Below, in pieces: positions 10,135-20,209 of a stretch of 64,000 nucleotides of DNA. The stretch is from an uncultured Dehalococcoidia bacterium (lineage in GTDB: Bacteria; Chloroflexota; Dehalococcoidia; Lucifugimonadales; UBA3495), in the NCBI GenBank assembly GCA_950072105.1, contig CATMOE010000001.1:154096-218095 (forward strand), written 5' to 3'. The stretch's first letter is position 1; every line of letters starts with the position of its first letter. The translations under genes were made by a program, and so were the position numbers. Under the pieces are notes generated by a model. That model did no database searches and was not told the origin of the DNA. It saw only the letters and a program-made list of their open reading frames with translations.

Positions 10135-11121
10135 ATGACAGACGTAAAGACCATCCTGGTGGGAACCGTTGGACAGGGGATACTGCGCAGCGGCGACGGC
10201 GGCGAGACTTGGGGCCGGATCGGTATCGGCGCGGGATTGCACTCCGACGCCTTGGTTCGGACGCTTTTGAACACACCCACTTCTCCGGAGATCGTATTCG
10301 CCGGGACGGACAAGGGCCTCTACCGCAGCGGTAACGCCGGCAAGACCTGGCAACCGGTCGATTCCTCTTTGAATAGCTACAACGTTTGGGCGCTGGCCGC
10401 GGACCCCGGCGACCCCAATCTGATGTTCGCCGGTACCGGCACGCCCACTCCGGCCGCCCTCTTCCGGTCCTCCGACGCGGGCAAGACCTGGGAGAAACGC
10501 CCCATGGAAGTCGCCGAAGAGTGCCCCAACGTCGGCGTGCCCAGGGTGACCGGTATCGCCGTGGACCCGGTAACCCGGCGCGACATTTGGGTGGGCCTTG
10601 AAGTTGATGGGCTGCGACACAGCTCCGACGGCGGCGATACCTGGGAGAGCATCAACGGGGCGATCCCCAACCCGGACGTGCACAACGTGGCCGTCGCCGG
10701 CGGGCCGCCCAAGACCGTGGTGGTCGTGGTCAACAACGACGTTTACACCAGCTCCGACGACGGCGCCAATTGGGACCGTCTCGGTATAAAGGAAGTCTTC
10801 CCTTATACCTACCCTCGGGGAATCATGGTGCAACCGGGACAGCCCAACACCATCTTCGTCACCATCGGAGATTCAACCCCCGGCCGGGTCGGCGCCGTGA
10901 TGCGGTCCAAAGACACCGGCAAGACCTGGGAGAGCCTGCCTCTGCCGGTCGAACCCAACACCGCCATGTGGGTAGTCAACATGCAACCTGCCGATCCCCA
11001 AGTGGTTTTCGCCGGCAGCCGTTACGGATACATGTACCGTAGCGAGGACGGCGGCGATTCCTGGACCAAACTTTGGCGGGAGTTCAGTGAAATCTCCAGC
11101 GTCCTCTGGGTGCCGGAATAA
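10135..11121 (+). CDS. BNR/Asp-box beta-propeller protein (Ycf48/sialidase-like)
   Basis: Repeated SxDxGxTW Asp boxes; AGGAGG upstream of ATG 10135. Confidence 0.85.
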   Translation: MTDVKTILVGTVGQGILRSGDGGETWGRIGIGAGLHSDALVRTLLNTPTSPEIVFAGTDKGLYRSGNAGKTWQPVDSSLNSYNVWALAADPGDPNLMFAGTGTPTPAALFRSSDAGKTWEKRPMEVAEECPNVGVPRVTGIAVDPVTRRDIWVGLEVDGLRHSSDGGDTWESINGAIPNPDVHNVAVAGGPPKTVVVVVNNDVYTSSDDGANWDRLGIKEVFPYTYPRGIMVQPGQPNTIFVTIGDSTPGRVGAVMRSKDTGKTWESLPLPVEPNTAMWVVNMQPADPQVVFAGSRYGYMYRSEDGGDSWTKLWREFSEISSVLWVPE

Positions 11122-11172
11122 CGTCCCTCGCCCCACAGTTCACTACCGTCATTTAAAACCCGGAAGGAACTA

Positions 11173-11206
11173 GCCCCCCTTTCGTAAAGGGGGGTTGGGG
11201 GGATTT
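11173..11206. repeat. C/G-run palindromic repeat (DUF559-flank family), solo copy
   Basis: GCCCCCCTTT-CGT-AAAGGGGGG-TTGGGGGGATTT between convergent genes; near-exact reverse complement of 51324-51359. Confidence 0.8.
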
Positions 11207-11213
11207 CCCCACC

Positions 11214-12593
11214 TCACACGATCGGCCACCTTGAAGGAAAGGAAATACCAGTCCTCGCTAGCAATCCCTCCCCCAACTTCTGCACTCTTTGAATCAACTC
11301 CCACTGGTCGACGAACAGGGGTTCGTGGTTCTCAACCACAACCTTACCGTCGATGATCACCGTGTGAACGCTACGTCCGTCGGCGTTGTAAACCAGATTA
11401 TTAACCGGGTTAAAAATGGTCCGCCACTCGGGCCGCTTGGTGTCGAATAGCACCAAGTCCGCTTTTTTGCCGGGTTCGATGGAGCCGATCTCATCTCCCA
11501 GTCCCAGCGCTTCCGCTCCCTTGATGGTAGCCATCTCCAGCGCCGTCTCCGCCGGTATCATCCCCACGTCCTCCCGTCCGTCCTTGTAAAGCACCGCCGC
11601 CAAGTACATGGACCGCATCGTCTCCACCAGGTTGGAGTTGTTGCCTGCGTCGGTACCCAGGCCAACGGTGACCCCGGCCCGCAGCAGCTCCGGCAGCAAG
11701 GCCGTTCTGGTCATTCCCGCGCCGCCCTTTATCGCCGCCGTGGGGCACATCACCGCTTTGGTACCGGTTCTGGCCATAACATCCACCTCGCCTTGGTCGA
11801 TGCCCAAGCAGTGAGCCAATAGGGTACTTGGACCAAGGACTCCGATGTCCTCCAGATATTCGGCGGGCCGCTTGCCATGTTGGCTCAAACTGGCCTCCAC
11901 CGCCTGTGGGCTGTTATTAAAGTGCAGCGTGAGACCCGTGCCGTACCGGTCCGCCAATTCCTTGGCGCCACGCAATAACTCCTCGGTGGAGAAAGAGGGG
12001 GAGAAGGGCATGGCCCAGGCTCGCATCCTGCCGTCCAAGCGATTGTCAAAAGACTGGATAGTCTGATCCATCATTGATATAGCCTCGGCGGTAGACGAGA
12101 CCGGAAGGTTCAGAGGATTGGGACGGTCCGCCACGTGCCACCCAACGATGATTCGGCAGCCAGACTCCTCATAAGCTTTCATGCAGGTTTCCAGGTGCTT
12201 GGTGCTGCCTGGGTCCAGAAAGCAGGTGGTGCCGTATCTCAGAAGCTCAGTGATCGCCAGGAGGGACGTGTAGTACTCCTCTTCCTCGGTCATCTCCCCT
12301 TGCAGCTTGAACACGTTGGGCAAGTAGCTAGCTCCCAAGTCATCGGGGAATACGCCCCGGGTAGCGTGGGCGTAGCTGATGTGCATGTGCCCGTTGCAAA
12401 AGCCGGGCGTCACCACCATCTCGCTGCCATCGATCACCCGGTCCGCCTTGACCGATTCCAGCTCCGTGGCCTTACCCACCTGGATGATGCGTTGGCCTTC
12501 AACGATGATGGACCCGTCTTGAATGATCCTCCGTTCCGGGTCCAGGGTCATAATGAAACGGGCGCCATGAATCTTCAGCGTGGTTTCGGCCAT
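11214..12593 (-). CDS. Amidohydrolase (MTA/SAH deaminase/AtzA-like)
   Basis: PGFCNGHMH, LAHC, GTDAG, GSIEPGKKADLV. Confidence 0.88.
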   Translation of the reverse strand: MAETTLKIHGARFIMTLDPERRIIQDGSIIVEGQRIIQVGKATELESVKADRVIDGSEMVVTPGFCNGHMHISYAHATRGVFPDDLGASYLPNVFKLQGEMTEEEEYYTSLLAITELLRYGTTCFLDPGSTKHLETCMKAYEESGCRIIVGWHVADRPNPLNLPVSSTAEAISMMDQTIQSFDNRLDGRMRAWAMPFSPSFSTEELLRGAKELADRYGTGLTLHFNNSPQAVEASLSQHGKRPAEYLEDIGVLGPSTLLAHCLGIDQGEVDVMARTGTKAVMCPTAAIKGGAGMTRTALLPELLRAGVTVGLGTDAGNNSNLVETMRSMYLAAVLYKDGREDVGMIPAETALEMATIKGAEALGLGDEIGSIEPGKKADLVLFDTKRPEWRTIFNPVNNLVYNADGRSVHTVIIDGKVVVENHEPLFVDQWELIQRVQKLGEGLLARTGISFPSRWPIV

Positions 12594-12757
12594 AACGTCT
12601 AATCCTCAAAATTGGAGTGCATTTATTTTCAATAGCTCGACGCAAACCGGTTCGCCGGATGTCCGGACCCCAGTTCAATCGTCATGGTAGACCATATATC
12701 ACACATCCAAAACAGGCACAACTGGCCAAGGCCAAAGGGAATCGGCGGCCGCGCACC

Positions 12758-12860
12758 CGTCATTCCGGCGCAGGCCGGAATCCAGGCGCGCCTGCCTTCG
12801 CGCTAGCCGATGTTACTGGAAAGGGTGCGTCTTTGGGTCCTGGCTTTCGCCTGAACAACG
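12758..12860. repeat. REPIN-like inverted doublet
   Basis: CGTCATTCCGGCGCAGGCCGGAATCCAGG, 46-nt spacer, then a degenerate inverted arm; second copy at 37751-37850. Confidence 0.75.
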
Positions 12861-13014
12861 GGAGAGCCTCTATCATTATGTGATGCGTTTCCCCGAATTC
12901 GAAAAGATACGGACTCAGAGGCCACCGTATCTTGCCCAAATAAATGGCCGTGGGTATCATGCTTGGTGACCCAGCCGGAAAGCGGCGAGACCGCTGCCGG
13001 CATTAGGAGGCTCC

Positions 13015-13971
13015 ATGACAACACCTCAAGTCACTTTCGGATGCAACTTTAACGCCGACGGATATTGGGACGCCGCCGAGTTTGCCCGCCGGGCCGAGGC
13101 CTTGGGCTTCGACCGGATAACCACCGGTGAGCACTTGATGGACGGCAACCCGCCGCGGCCCACGGTCTTGAGCATCCCGGCCATGGCCGCCGCCGCCGGG
13201 GCCACCAAGACCCTTCGGGTCATGACCGGCATTGTAATCGTCCCTTTGTATAATCCCGTTCTGTTGGCCAAAATGATCTCCACGCTGGACGTGATCTCCG
13301 CCGGGCGGGTGGACTTCGGCATCGGCATCAGCGGCCAGCGGGGCACCCAGGTAGAGTTCGACGCCGTCGGCGTCTCCGTGCGGACCCGGGGCCGGCGCAC
13401 CGACGAGATGCTGCAGGTTATGAAACGGCTGTGGACCGAGGAACACGTCAGCCATCACGGCCGGTTCTTCGATTTCGACGACGTGACCCTGCTGCCCGGG
13501 CCGGTCCAGCAGCCCCATCCGCCGATATGGGTGTCGGGCCGCAGCGATGCAGCCATGCGCCGGGCCGCTCTGTTGGGCGACGGCTGGTATCCATACCTGT
13601 TCACCGTCCGGCGTCTGAAACAGAGCAACGAGGAAATTACCCAGATAGCAGCCGAGGCGGGAAGGGACCTAAGCGGTTTTCACTGGGGCTTGAACCAACC
13701 GACATCGATAATGGACGACCCGGAGGCGGCCCTGGCCCAAGCGGTGGAAAACGTGGGCCAGCGGTACGTTACCGCCGAGAGGAGCGCCGAGGACATCGCC
13801 AAGGCTCTTTGCATAGCGGGCACCCCGGAAGACTGCGTCCAGTCCGTTCAAGAGCGCATCGACGCCGGAGTGCGCGACTTCAATCTAAGCTTCCTGGCCC
13901 CGGACATCGACGGTATTTTCCAACAGATGGAAACCTTCTCCCGCCAAGTGATACCTCATTTCCGATCGTGA
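13015..13971 (+). CDS. Luciferase-like monooxygenase (LLM) family oxidoreductase
   Basis: AEALGFD...EH, LAKMISTLDVISAGRVDFGIG, PVQQPHPPIWV, RAALLGDGW. Confidence 0.9.
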   Translation: MTTPQVTFGCNFNADGYWDAAEFARRAEALGFDRITTGEHLMDGNPPRPTVLSIPAMAAAAGATKTLRVMTGIVIVPLYNPVLLAKMISTLDVISAGRVDFGIGISGQRGTQVEFDAVGVSVRTRGRRTDEMLQVMKRLWTEEHVSHHGRFFDFDDVTLLPGPVQQPHPPIWVSGRSDAAMRRAALLGDGWYPYLFTVRRLKQSNEEITQIAAEAGRDLSGFHWGLNQPTSIMDDPEAALAQAVENVGQRYVTAERSAEDIAKALCIAGTPEDCVQSVQERIDAGVRDFNLSFLAPDIDGIFQQMETFSRQVIPHFRS

Positions 13972-14095
13972 AAACCCTTCTGGTTAAGGCGCTCCGAATC
14001 GACTTGACCCACCGAGGTATTGATGTAGTATCAAGCCAGGTCCCTAGAAGCACGACGCCCGCAGGACTTTCTCCGCGGGACCCACGGAGGTTGTT

Positions 14096-15139
14096 ATGGA
14101 CTTTGGACTGTTTTTAGAGTTCCCGCGCCGAGAGGGCGGAACTCAACAAGAAGCGTTTCAGGAATGCTTCGCGTTGGCGGACGAGGGCGAAGCGCTAGGC
14201 GTGGATTCGGTCTGGTTGGCCGAATATCACTTCAACCCCGCGCGCGTGCTTTCCGCTCCCATAACCATCGCCAGCGCCCTCGCCGCCCGAACCAAGACGG
14301 TCAGAATCGGGCTTGCGGTGATCTGTTTGCCCTTGGGGAACCCGATACGCCTGGCTGAAGAGGTCGCTACTCTGGACCATATAAGCGAGGGCCGCCTGGA
14401 GTTCGGCGTGGGCCGGGGCACCTTCCCCAACGTGCATGAAGGTTACAACGTCCCCTTCAGCGAAAGCCGGGAGCGCTTCGACGAATTCCTTGATGTGATC
14501 GTGAAGTCATGGACCACTGAGTCTTTCTCATATGAAGGCAAGTACATCACCTGCAACGATCTTTCGGTGCATCCCAAACCGTTGCAGACTCCCCACCCTC
14601 CCATCCACATCGGCATCACCTCAGCGGAGAGCTTCCCAATCATGGGGAGCCTAGGCTATCCCATACTGATCAACCCGTCACGAGTATTCGCGCTGTCGGA
14701 ATTGGCCCCTTACATCTCTGAATACCGGAAGGCCTGGCAGAAGGCGGGTCACCAAGGACAGGGCAAGGTTGGGTTGCGCATCCCCATCTACGTGGCCGAC
14801 ACCGCCGAGCAAGCCTACGCAGAGCCCAGAGACAGCGCGATGTTGTCGGTGGAGCGTCTGGGGCAAAGGGTGGGGAGCTACGCCGCCTACGGGGGGACGA
14901 CGGGAGACTGGCAGGCCGAGTCGGACCGGATTCTGGCAGCGGACTATGACGAATGGCTGCGAGACAAAGTGGCGTACGGCACTCCGGAGGCGGTAGAGGA
15001 CCGGTTGCACATTTTGCAGGAAGAACTGGGTCTGGAGCAGATCATATTCGACGTGAACTACGGCAACCTAATCCCCCAGGAACGTCAACGCAAGTCCCTG
15101 AGGCTGCTCATGGAGAAGGTAGTCCCCAGTTTCAAATAG
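14096..15139 (+). CDS. Luciferase-like monooxygenase (LLM) family oxidoreductase
   Basis: SVWLAEYH, RLAEEVATLDHISEGRLEFGVGRG, PKPLQTPHPP. Confidence 0.9.
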   Translation: MDFGLFLEFPRREGGTQQEAFQECFALADEGEALGVDSVWLAEYHFNPARVLSAPITIASALAARTKTVRIGLAVICLPLGNPIRLAEEVATLDHISEGRLEFGVGRGTFPNVHEGYNVPFSESRERFDEFLDVIVKSWTTESFSYEGKYITCNDLSVHPKPLQTPHPPIHIGITSAESFPIMGSLGYPILINPSRVFALSELAPYISEYRKAWQKAGHQGQGKVGLRIPIYVADTAEQAYAEPRDSAMLSVERLGQRVGSYAAYGGTTGDWQAESDRILAADYDEWLRDKVAYGTPEAVEDRLHILQEELGLEQIIFDVNYGNLIPQERQRKSLRLLMEKVVPSFK

Positions 15140-15166
15140 CCCCCAATACCCATTAATGAAAAGGGC

Positions 15167-16108
15167 TCAGAGCTGGGAGCCGATGAACTGGGGGCGGCCC
15201 CTGAGGAACTCGGCCGCAGACTGAGCCCGCTTGCCTTCCACCTGAATCGTCTTCAACGCCAAGACGCCCTCGGCGGTGACCACTCCCATCGGTGTATCAG
15301 CCGCCGGCAAGGACACGACCCGTCCGGGCGGACCTTCCAGCCCATCGGGCAGCGATGAGACGGTCACTTCCAACAACTTCATAACGCTGCCCTCCCACTG
15401 GGTGAATAAACCGGGCCAAGGCGTATAAGCCCGGGCACGCCGCTCCAAAGTTGCCGCCGCCACGTCCCAATCGGCCAAACCGTCGCTTCGCTCCAACTTG
15501 CGGGTAACCGTGGCCAAAGCCTGGTCCTGAGGACGCGCTTCCATCTCGCCGTTAACCCAAGCAACCAGACTTTCCAACAGCAACTCGCCGCCCAATGCGA
15601 ACAGCACTCCGGTAAGCTCTTCCGACGTTTCCTGGGAAGACATCGGGTAACCACGCTGGGCGACGATGTCCCCGGTGTCCATCCCTTGATCCAGCAACAT
15701 CAGCGTGACTCCGGTTTCCGCATCCCCTTGCTCGATCGCGGTTACCACGGGAGACGGACCGCGGTGCTTGGGGAGCAATGACGGATGAATATTCAAGCAA
15801 CCGTGGGGCGGAGTTTCTAGGATGGCAGGCGGCAGAAATTTACCGTACGCGGCCACCACGATGACGTCAGGTTGGAGTTCAGCCAGTTCACTCTGAACCT
15901 GGGGAGAACGCAAAGAGTCTGGTTGATAGACGCTTAACCCGAGATCCAGAGCGCGGGCTTTTACCGGCGGCATCCCGGTAGTCCGGCCTCTTCCCTTGGG
16001 GCGGTCCGGCGGCGTAAAAACGCCAACGACCTGAACGTCTTCAACCGCGACTAGTCCTTCCAGTACCGGAACAGCAAAGGACGGAGTACCCATGAAAACC
16101 AGGCGCAT
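15167..16108 (-). CDS. fmt: Methionyl-tRNA formyltransferase
   Basis: MRLVFMGTPSFA, PDRPKGRG, NIHPSLLP..RGPSP, MDTGD; start set at ATG 16108. Confidence 0.95.
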   Translation of the reverse strand: MRLVFMGTPSFAVPVLEGLVAVEDVQVVGVFTPPDRPKGRGRTTGMPPVKARALDLGLSVYQPDSLRSPQVQSELAELQPDVIVVAAYGKFLPPAILETPPHGCLNIHPSLLPKHRGPSPVVTAIEQGDAETGVTLMLLDQGMDTGDIVAQRGYPMSSQETSEELTGVLFALGGELLLESLVAWVNGEMEARPQDQALATVTRKLERSDGLADWDVAAATLERRARAYTPWPGLFTQWEGSVMKLLEVTVSSLPDGLEGPPGRVVSLPAADTPMGVVTAEGVLALKTIQVEGKRAQSAAEFLRGRPQFIGSQL

Positions 16109-16249
16109 TTTCCCCCTCGATCCAGGAGTACTTACCACGGCGGGTAAACCAGTGTTGCCTGTCCGGCGCGATTAACAAGAAGAGACGCTAGATGGCGGAA
16201 TATCGATTGATGTAGGGTCAGCAACGGCACAGATCACGTTGAATCCGTC

Positions 16250-16279
16250 TTGACATTAGGGAAAAGCCGTTGCTAGAAT
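16250..16279 (+). promoter_or_regulatory. Sigma70-type promoter
   Basis: TTGACA, 18-nt spacer, TAGAAT with extended -10 TG. Confidence 0.7.
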
Positions 16280-16285
16280 AGCTTG

Positions 16286-16613
16286 ACCGCTTTGCGGAAT
16301 CTTGCTGAAGGAGGTGATGGCTTATGAAAGTTAGTTTAGCACGTAGGGGCGATGGTAGGCATCTGTCTGGACACGACGAGGTGATCGTAGCCTAACTATC
16401 CTTCGTAAAATACGAAAACCCGTTGTCGGGCCCAGGCCAATGTCTACCATCGCCCCTATAATTCGGAAACTTGGATAGGGGTAATAATCGACAGGTTGGC
16501 TGGGCCCGATCCTTTTCATGCGATGCCGGTTAACCGGCATCCACGGAAAATATCTATAGATCGGCCTCGGTTGAACGGCATTCCCGTGCCGGCCTCGCTG
16601 GGGTTTTTCTTTT
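16286..16613 (+). ncRNA. Unidentified structured RNA or leader with an internal short ORF (ends approximate)
   Basis: Own promoter; 20-bp helix 16343-16362/16440-16459; second helix 16426-16440/16496-16509; perfect palindrome 16522-16541; ends in a GC-rich stretch plus T-tract. Confidence 0.45.
16324..16395 (+). CDS. Putative 23-aa peptide MKVSLARRGDGRHLSGHDEVIVA
   Basis: Full-consensus SD AAGGAGGTGA 6 nt before the ATG; downstream of a consensus promoter; below the ORF-track cutoff. Confidence 0.5.
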   Translation: MKVSLARRGDGRHLSGHDEVIVA

Positions 16614-16678
16614 GGCTCGATACAAGGCTAGGTCAGGCCGCCAGACGCAATATACGCACGGGCTCGACTAAGCTGGAA

Positions 16679-16707
16679 TTGACAACCGAGCCCTGTCAGC
16701 TTAGAAT
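16679..16707 (+). promoter_or_regulatory. Sigma70-type promoter of the rpsP operon
   Basis: TTGACA, 17-nt spacer, TAGAAT. Confidence 0.75.
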
Positions 16708-16751
16708 TTCAACTGTGTTACAAGCAATCTTGGAGGAACTTCGGAGACTAG

Positions 16752-17312
16752 ATGTTAAGAATTCGACTGAGAAGGGTAGGGAAGAAGGGAAACCCATCAT
16801 ATAGAATCGTGGTAGCGGATTCCAGAGCCCCACGAGACGGCGCATATGTAGAATGGATCGGAAACTATGACCCCATGGCTGATCCGCCGGCGGTCACCAT
16901 CAAAGAAGACCGGGCACAGGCGTGGCTTAGCCAGGGAGCTCAGCCATCCGACGCGGTTGCACGAATCCTTGATTGGAAAGGCATTCTGACCAGGACTCCT
17001 AAACAGCGTACCACCGCCACGGCGGTTGAAGAAGAACCCGAGGTAGCGGCGCCCGCACCGGCACCGGTGGCTGAAGCGCCGACCCCTGAACCTGAAGCGG
17101 ACGACACGACGGCAGTCGCTGAAGAAGCAGCCGAGGAACCGGTGGCTGAAGTCGTGGCCGAAGAAACAGCGGAAGAACCGGTAGCCGAAGTTGCTGCCGA
17201 AGAATCAGCCGAAGAAATTTCCGGTGAAGCCGAATCCGCTGATGATATTGATTCTGAAGATACGGGTGAAGAAACCTCTAAAGATACGCCCGAAGAGGAA
17301 TCCTCGGAATGA
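16752..17312 (+). CDS. rpsP: 30S ribosomal protein S16 with acidic C-terminal extension
   Basis: [28 protein letters not shown]...GAQPSD. Confidence 0.96.
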   Translation: MLRIRLRRVGKKGNPSYRIVVADSRAPRDGAYVEWIGNYDPMADPPAVTIKEDRAQAWLSQGAQPSDAVARILDWKGILTRTPKQRTTATAVEEEPEVAAPAPAPVAEAPTPEPEADDTTAVAEEAAEEPVAEVVAEETAEEPVAEVAAEESAEEISGEAESADDIDSEDTGEETSKDTPEEESSE

Positions 17313-17536
17313 AAGAGTTGATCGAGTACATCGCCCGGTCCCTGACTAGCAACCCCGATGCGGTAGTTGTTACCGAGGAGCAGTCTGAAGGCCGGGTAAT
17401 ACTTCGACTAGAAGTTGCCCCGGAAGACAAAGGCAAAGTCATCGGACGGCAAGGACGAGTGGCCCAGGCCATGCGGGTAATGTTACGTGTGGCGGCCGTG
17501 AAAGAAGATACCCATGCGGTATTGGAGATTGTTTAG
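17309..17536 (+). CDS. khpA: KH-domain RNA-binding protein
   Basis: [13 protein letters not shown]; located between rpsP and rimM. Confidence 0.9.
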   Translation: MKELIEYIARSLTSNPDAVVVTEEQSEGRVILRLEVAPEDKGKVIGRQGRVAQAMRVMLRVAAVKEDTHAVLEIV

Positions 17537-17602
17537 ACCAAACTCGATGGCGAACCTTTGGCCTCTGGGCCAATCTCCAGGTTGGGTGGCGGTGGTTTCG
17601 GG

Positions 17603-18103
17603 ATGGACGATTCCTCAAGTATCAACGTAGGCCGCATCCTAGGCCCTCACGGCCTATGGGGTAGCGTCCGGATAGAGGTCTACACCGACGTACCCCACCG
17701 GTTCGACACCGGAGAGACTCTTTACATCGGCTCGGCGCCGTACCAGGTTTCCAGCTGTGGCTCCGGCAAACCCAATCAACTTATCCTCACGTTCCATGGG
17801 TTAACGACCCATTCTCAAGCCCAGGCGCTGGTCGATCAATGGATCACCGTCCCCATCTCCCAGACTCCCGATCTGCCCCCGGGCGAGTTCTACCACTTTC
17901 AACTGCTGGATCTGCTCGTCTTAACCCAAGACGGCGAAGAGTTAGGTAGGGTCAGCGATATCTTGGAGACCGGCAGCAACGACGTCTATATCGTCTCGGG
18001 CGAAGGCGGCGAGATATTGATTCCCGCCCTTGCGGACGTGGTTCAGGACATCGATCTGGAGCGGGGCGTGATGGTAGTTTCATTACCTGAAGGCCTGCGA
18101 TAA
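17603..18103 (+). CDS. rimM: Ribosome maturation factor RimM
   Basis: VGRILGPHGLWG, GEFY, ETGSNDVYIV, ILIPAL; start uncertain (17558 or 17603). Confidence 0.92.
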   Translation: MDDSSSINVGRILGPHGLWGSVRIEVYTDVPHRFDTGETLYIGSAPYQVSSCGSGKPNQLILTFHGLTTHSQAQALVDQWITVPISQTPDLPPGEFYHFQLLDLLVLTQDGEELGRVSDILETGSNDVYIVSGEGGEILIPALADVVQDIDLERGVMVVSLPEGLR

Positions 18104-18223
18104 TCTCTTTGACCCCGCCAAATCGCTAGTGCTACAATCCCGTAACGGCAGCAATCTTGAGCAGTCCATTGGCTTAGGGAAAGCAGTCTCGGCGACTGGG
18201 CCGATATCCAAGGGGGTTTTATC

Positions 18224-18988
18224 ATGTCAGGTCACTCTAAATGGTCCACCATCAAGCATCAAAAAGGCGCGGCTGACGCCAAACGGGGCGTCATTTTCAC
18301 CAAGATTAGCCGGGACATCACCCTGGCCGTTCGGGAAGGTGGCGGCGATCCTGACATGAATTTCCGTCTCCGGCTGATGCTGGACAAAGCCAAAAGCAAC
18401 AACATGCCCCAGGATAGCATCTCCCGTGCGGTCAAAAGGGGCACCGGTGAAGGCGGAGACGGCGACGAGAAGCTGGAAGAGATCGTTTATGAAGGGTATG
18501 GTCCCGGAGGTGGGGCCATCCTGATCCAAGCAGCAACCACCAACCGGAACCGCACGGCCGCGGATGTACGGTCGACCTTTGCGAAGGGCGGCGGCAATCT
18601 TGGTGAAAGCGGCTGCGTGGCTTGGAATTTTGAGACTAGGGGAGTCATTGCCCTGGCGATAACGGATGAATCCCGAGCAGAAGAACTTGGTCTCATGGCC
18701 ATCGACGCCGGGGCGGATGACATCAGCATCGAAGACGGTGTGCTTGAGATATTGACCGCTCCCGAAGTCCTTCTTACGGTGCAGAAAGCGTTGCAAGAAG
18801 AAGGTGTCTCTCCCGAATCTTCAGAGATTTCCATGATTCCCAAAACCACCGTAACCCTGGAAGAAAAGGCAGCCGAACAGACGCTCAAACTGCTGGACAA
18901 TCTGGAAGACCTGGACGATGTGCAAAAAGCTTACACCAGCGCCGATTTCCCGCCCGAGGTCTTGGAAAGGTACCGGTCAGCAGACTGA
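18224..18988 (+). CDS. yebC: YebC/PmpR family protein
   Basis: MSGHSKWSTIKHQK, YEGYGPGG, DLDDVQ. Confidence 0.95.
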   Translation: MSGHSKWSTIKHQKGAADAKRGVIFTKISRDITLAVREGGGDPDMNFRLRLMLDKAKSNNMPQDSISRAVKRGTGEGGDGDEKLEEIVYEGYGPGGGAILIQAATTNRNRTAADVRSTFAKGGGNLGESGCVAWNFETRGVIALAITDESRAEELGLMAIDAGADDISIEDGVLEILTAPEVLLTVQKALQEEGVSPESSEISMIPKTTVTLEEKAAEQTLKLLDNLEDLDDVQKAYTSADFPPEVLERYRSAD

Positions 18989-19011
18989 TAACCAGGGGAA
19001 AATAAAGAAAG

Positions 19012-19533
19012 ATGTTAGTGTTGGGGATAGACCCGGGCACCCTGCGGATGGGTTACGGTCTTCTTTCGTCGGACCCCCAGCCGGAAGCGGAAGATTACGG
19101 GGTAGTCTCTTTGCCTTCCAAGATGCCGTTAGAGCAACGCCTTTATCAGCTTCATACCCATATCTTGAACATGATCAGCGTTTTCCACCCTGAGGTTATC
19201 GCCGTGGAGAGACCCTTCGTCGGAAGAGGGGAACGTAATTTCCCCGGACCGGCCCTGGCCGTGGGACAGGCCCAGGCCGTCGTTCTTATCGGGGCCGCCA
19301 GCCAGGGGATACCCATCTTCTCCTATTCGCCTGCCGAGATCAAAAGCTCGGTGGCCGACTTCGGCGCCGCGTCAAAAGAGCAGATGCAGCAGGTGGTGGC
19401 GGCCACCCTGGGGTTGAAGGAAACCCCTGAGTCCGACGCCGCGGACGCCCTGTCGGTGGGGCTTTGCCATTTAATAAAGAGTCGGTCCGCCGCCGCCCTG
19501 CGCCAGGAGATATCCCCGGGTTTTGAGAGGTAG
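19012..19533 (+). CDS. ruvC: Holliday junction resolvase
   Basis: LGIDPG, AVE, ASKEQMQ, DAADAL. Confidence 0.93.
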   Translation: MLVLGIDPGTLRMGYGLLSSDPQPEAEDYGVVSLPSKMPLEQRLYQLHTHILNMISVFHPEVIAVERPFVGRGERNFPGPALAVGQAQAVVLIGAASQGIPIFSYSPAEIKSSVADFGAASKEQMQQVVAATLGLKETPESDAADALSVGLCHLIKSRSAAALRQEISPGFER

Positions 19534-19536
19534 CGG

Positions 19537-20121
19537 TTGATCGTTAGCGTCCGCGGTATCCTAGAGGCCGTGGGACCCGACTGGGTGCACCTGCAAGTAG
19601 GTGGGATTTCCCTGCAGATCTCTGTCCCAGGATCGGACATCAACGATCTGGGCCCAACGGGCGGTCAAGTCCGGTTGTTTACCCACCTCCGGATACGTGA
19701 CGATCAGCCGGTGCTATACGGCTTCTCCTCCACCCATGCTATGCAGTTGTTCCTTATGCTAAACAGCGTATCCGGCGTGGGACCCAGGCTGTCGCTGGCC
19801 TTGCTCTCCAGTCTGGGCGTGTCAAACTTGCAACAGGCCATCTTCAACGGCGACATCGCTTCCCTCAGTTCCGCTCCGGGGGTGGGACGGCGCACGGCAG
19901 GGCGGATTGCGTTGGAGTTGAAGAGCAAGATCGACGAAGGCGCGGCGGAAATCGGCATTTCTGAAGGCTCCGGAGACGGCGCGGTTATTGAGGCATTGAT
20001 GGCTTTAGGCTACACCGCCGTGGAATCCCGCCAAGCGGTGAACGGGTTGAAAGACGCATCCGACCTTCCGGTGGAAGAACGTATCCGGCTGGCCCTGCAA
20101 CAGTTCGGCGGCGGGGGCTAG
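19537..20121 (+). CDS. ruvA: Holliday junction branch migration protein A
   Basis: LYGF, VSGVGPRL, PGVGRRTAGRIALELK, ALMALGY. Confidence 0.94.
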   Translation: MIVSVRGILEAVGPDWVHLQVGGISLQISVPGSDINDLGPTGGQVRLFTHLRIRDDQPVLYGFSSTHAMQLFLMLNSVSGVGPRLSLALLSSLGVSNLQQAIFNGDIASLSSAPGVGRRTAGRIALELKSKIDEGAAEIGISEGSGDGAVIEALMALGYTAVESRQAVNGLKDASDLPVEERIRLALQQFGGGG

Positions 20122-20209
20122 GGCTTCTCCTCATTCTGCGTTGCTACGACGAGTACAGGCGTATAATCGGTGTCGCATGAGATTCGGCCATGCCACCTCT
20201 TGAGGATCA

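Noticed and set aside
16286..16613. tmRNA, RNase P RNA, SRP RNA or tRNA
   Set aside because: No tRNA-like ends, no GAGGAAAGTCC RNase P motif and no SRP core recognised. The ORF has its own SD and ATG, unlike a tmRNA tag. 6S RNA cannot be excluded by eye.
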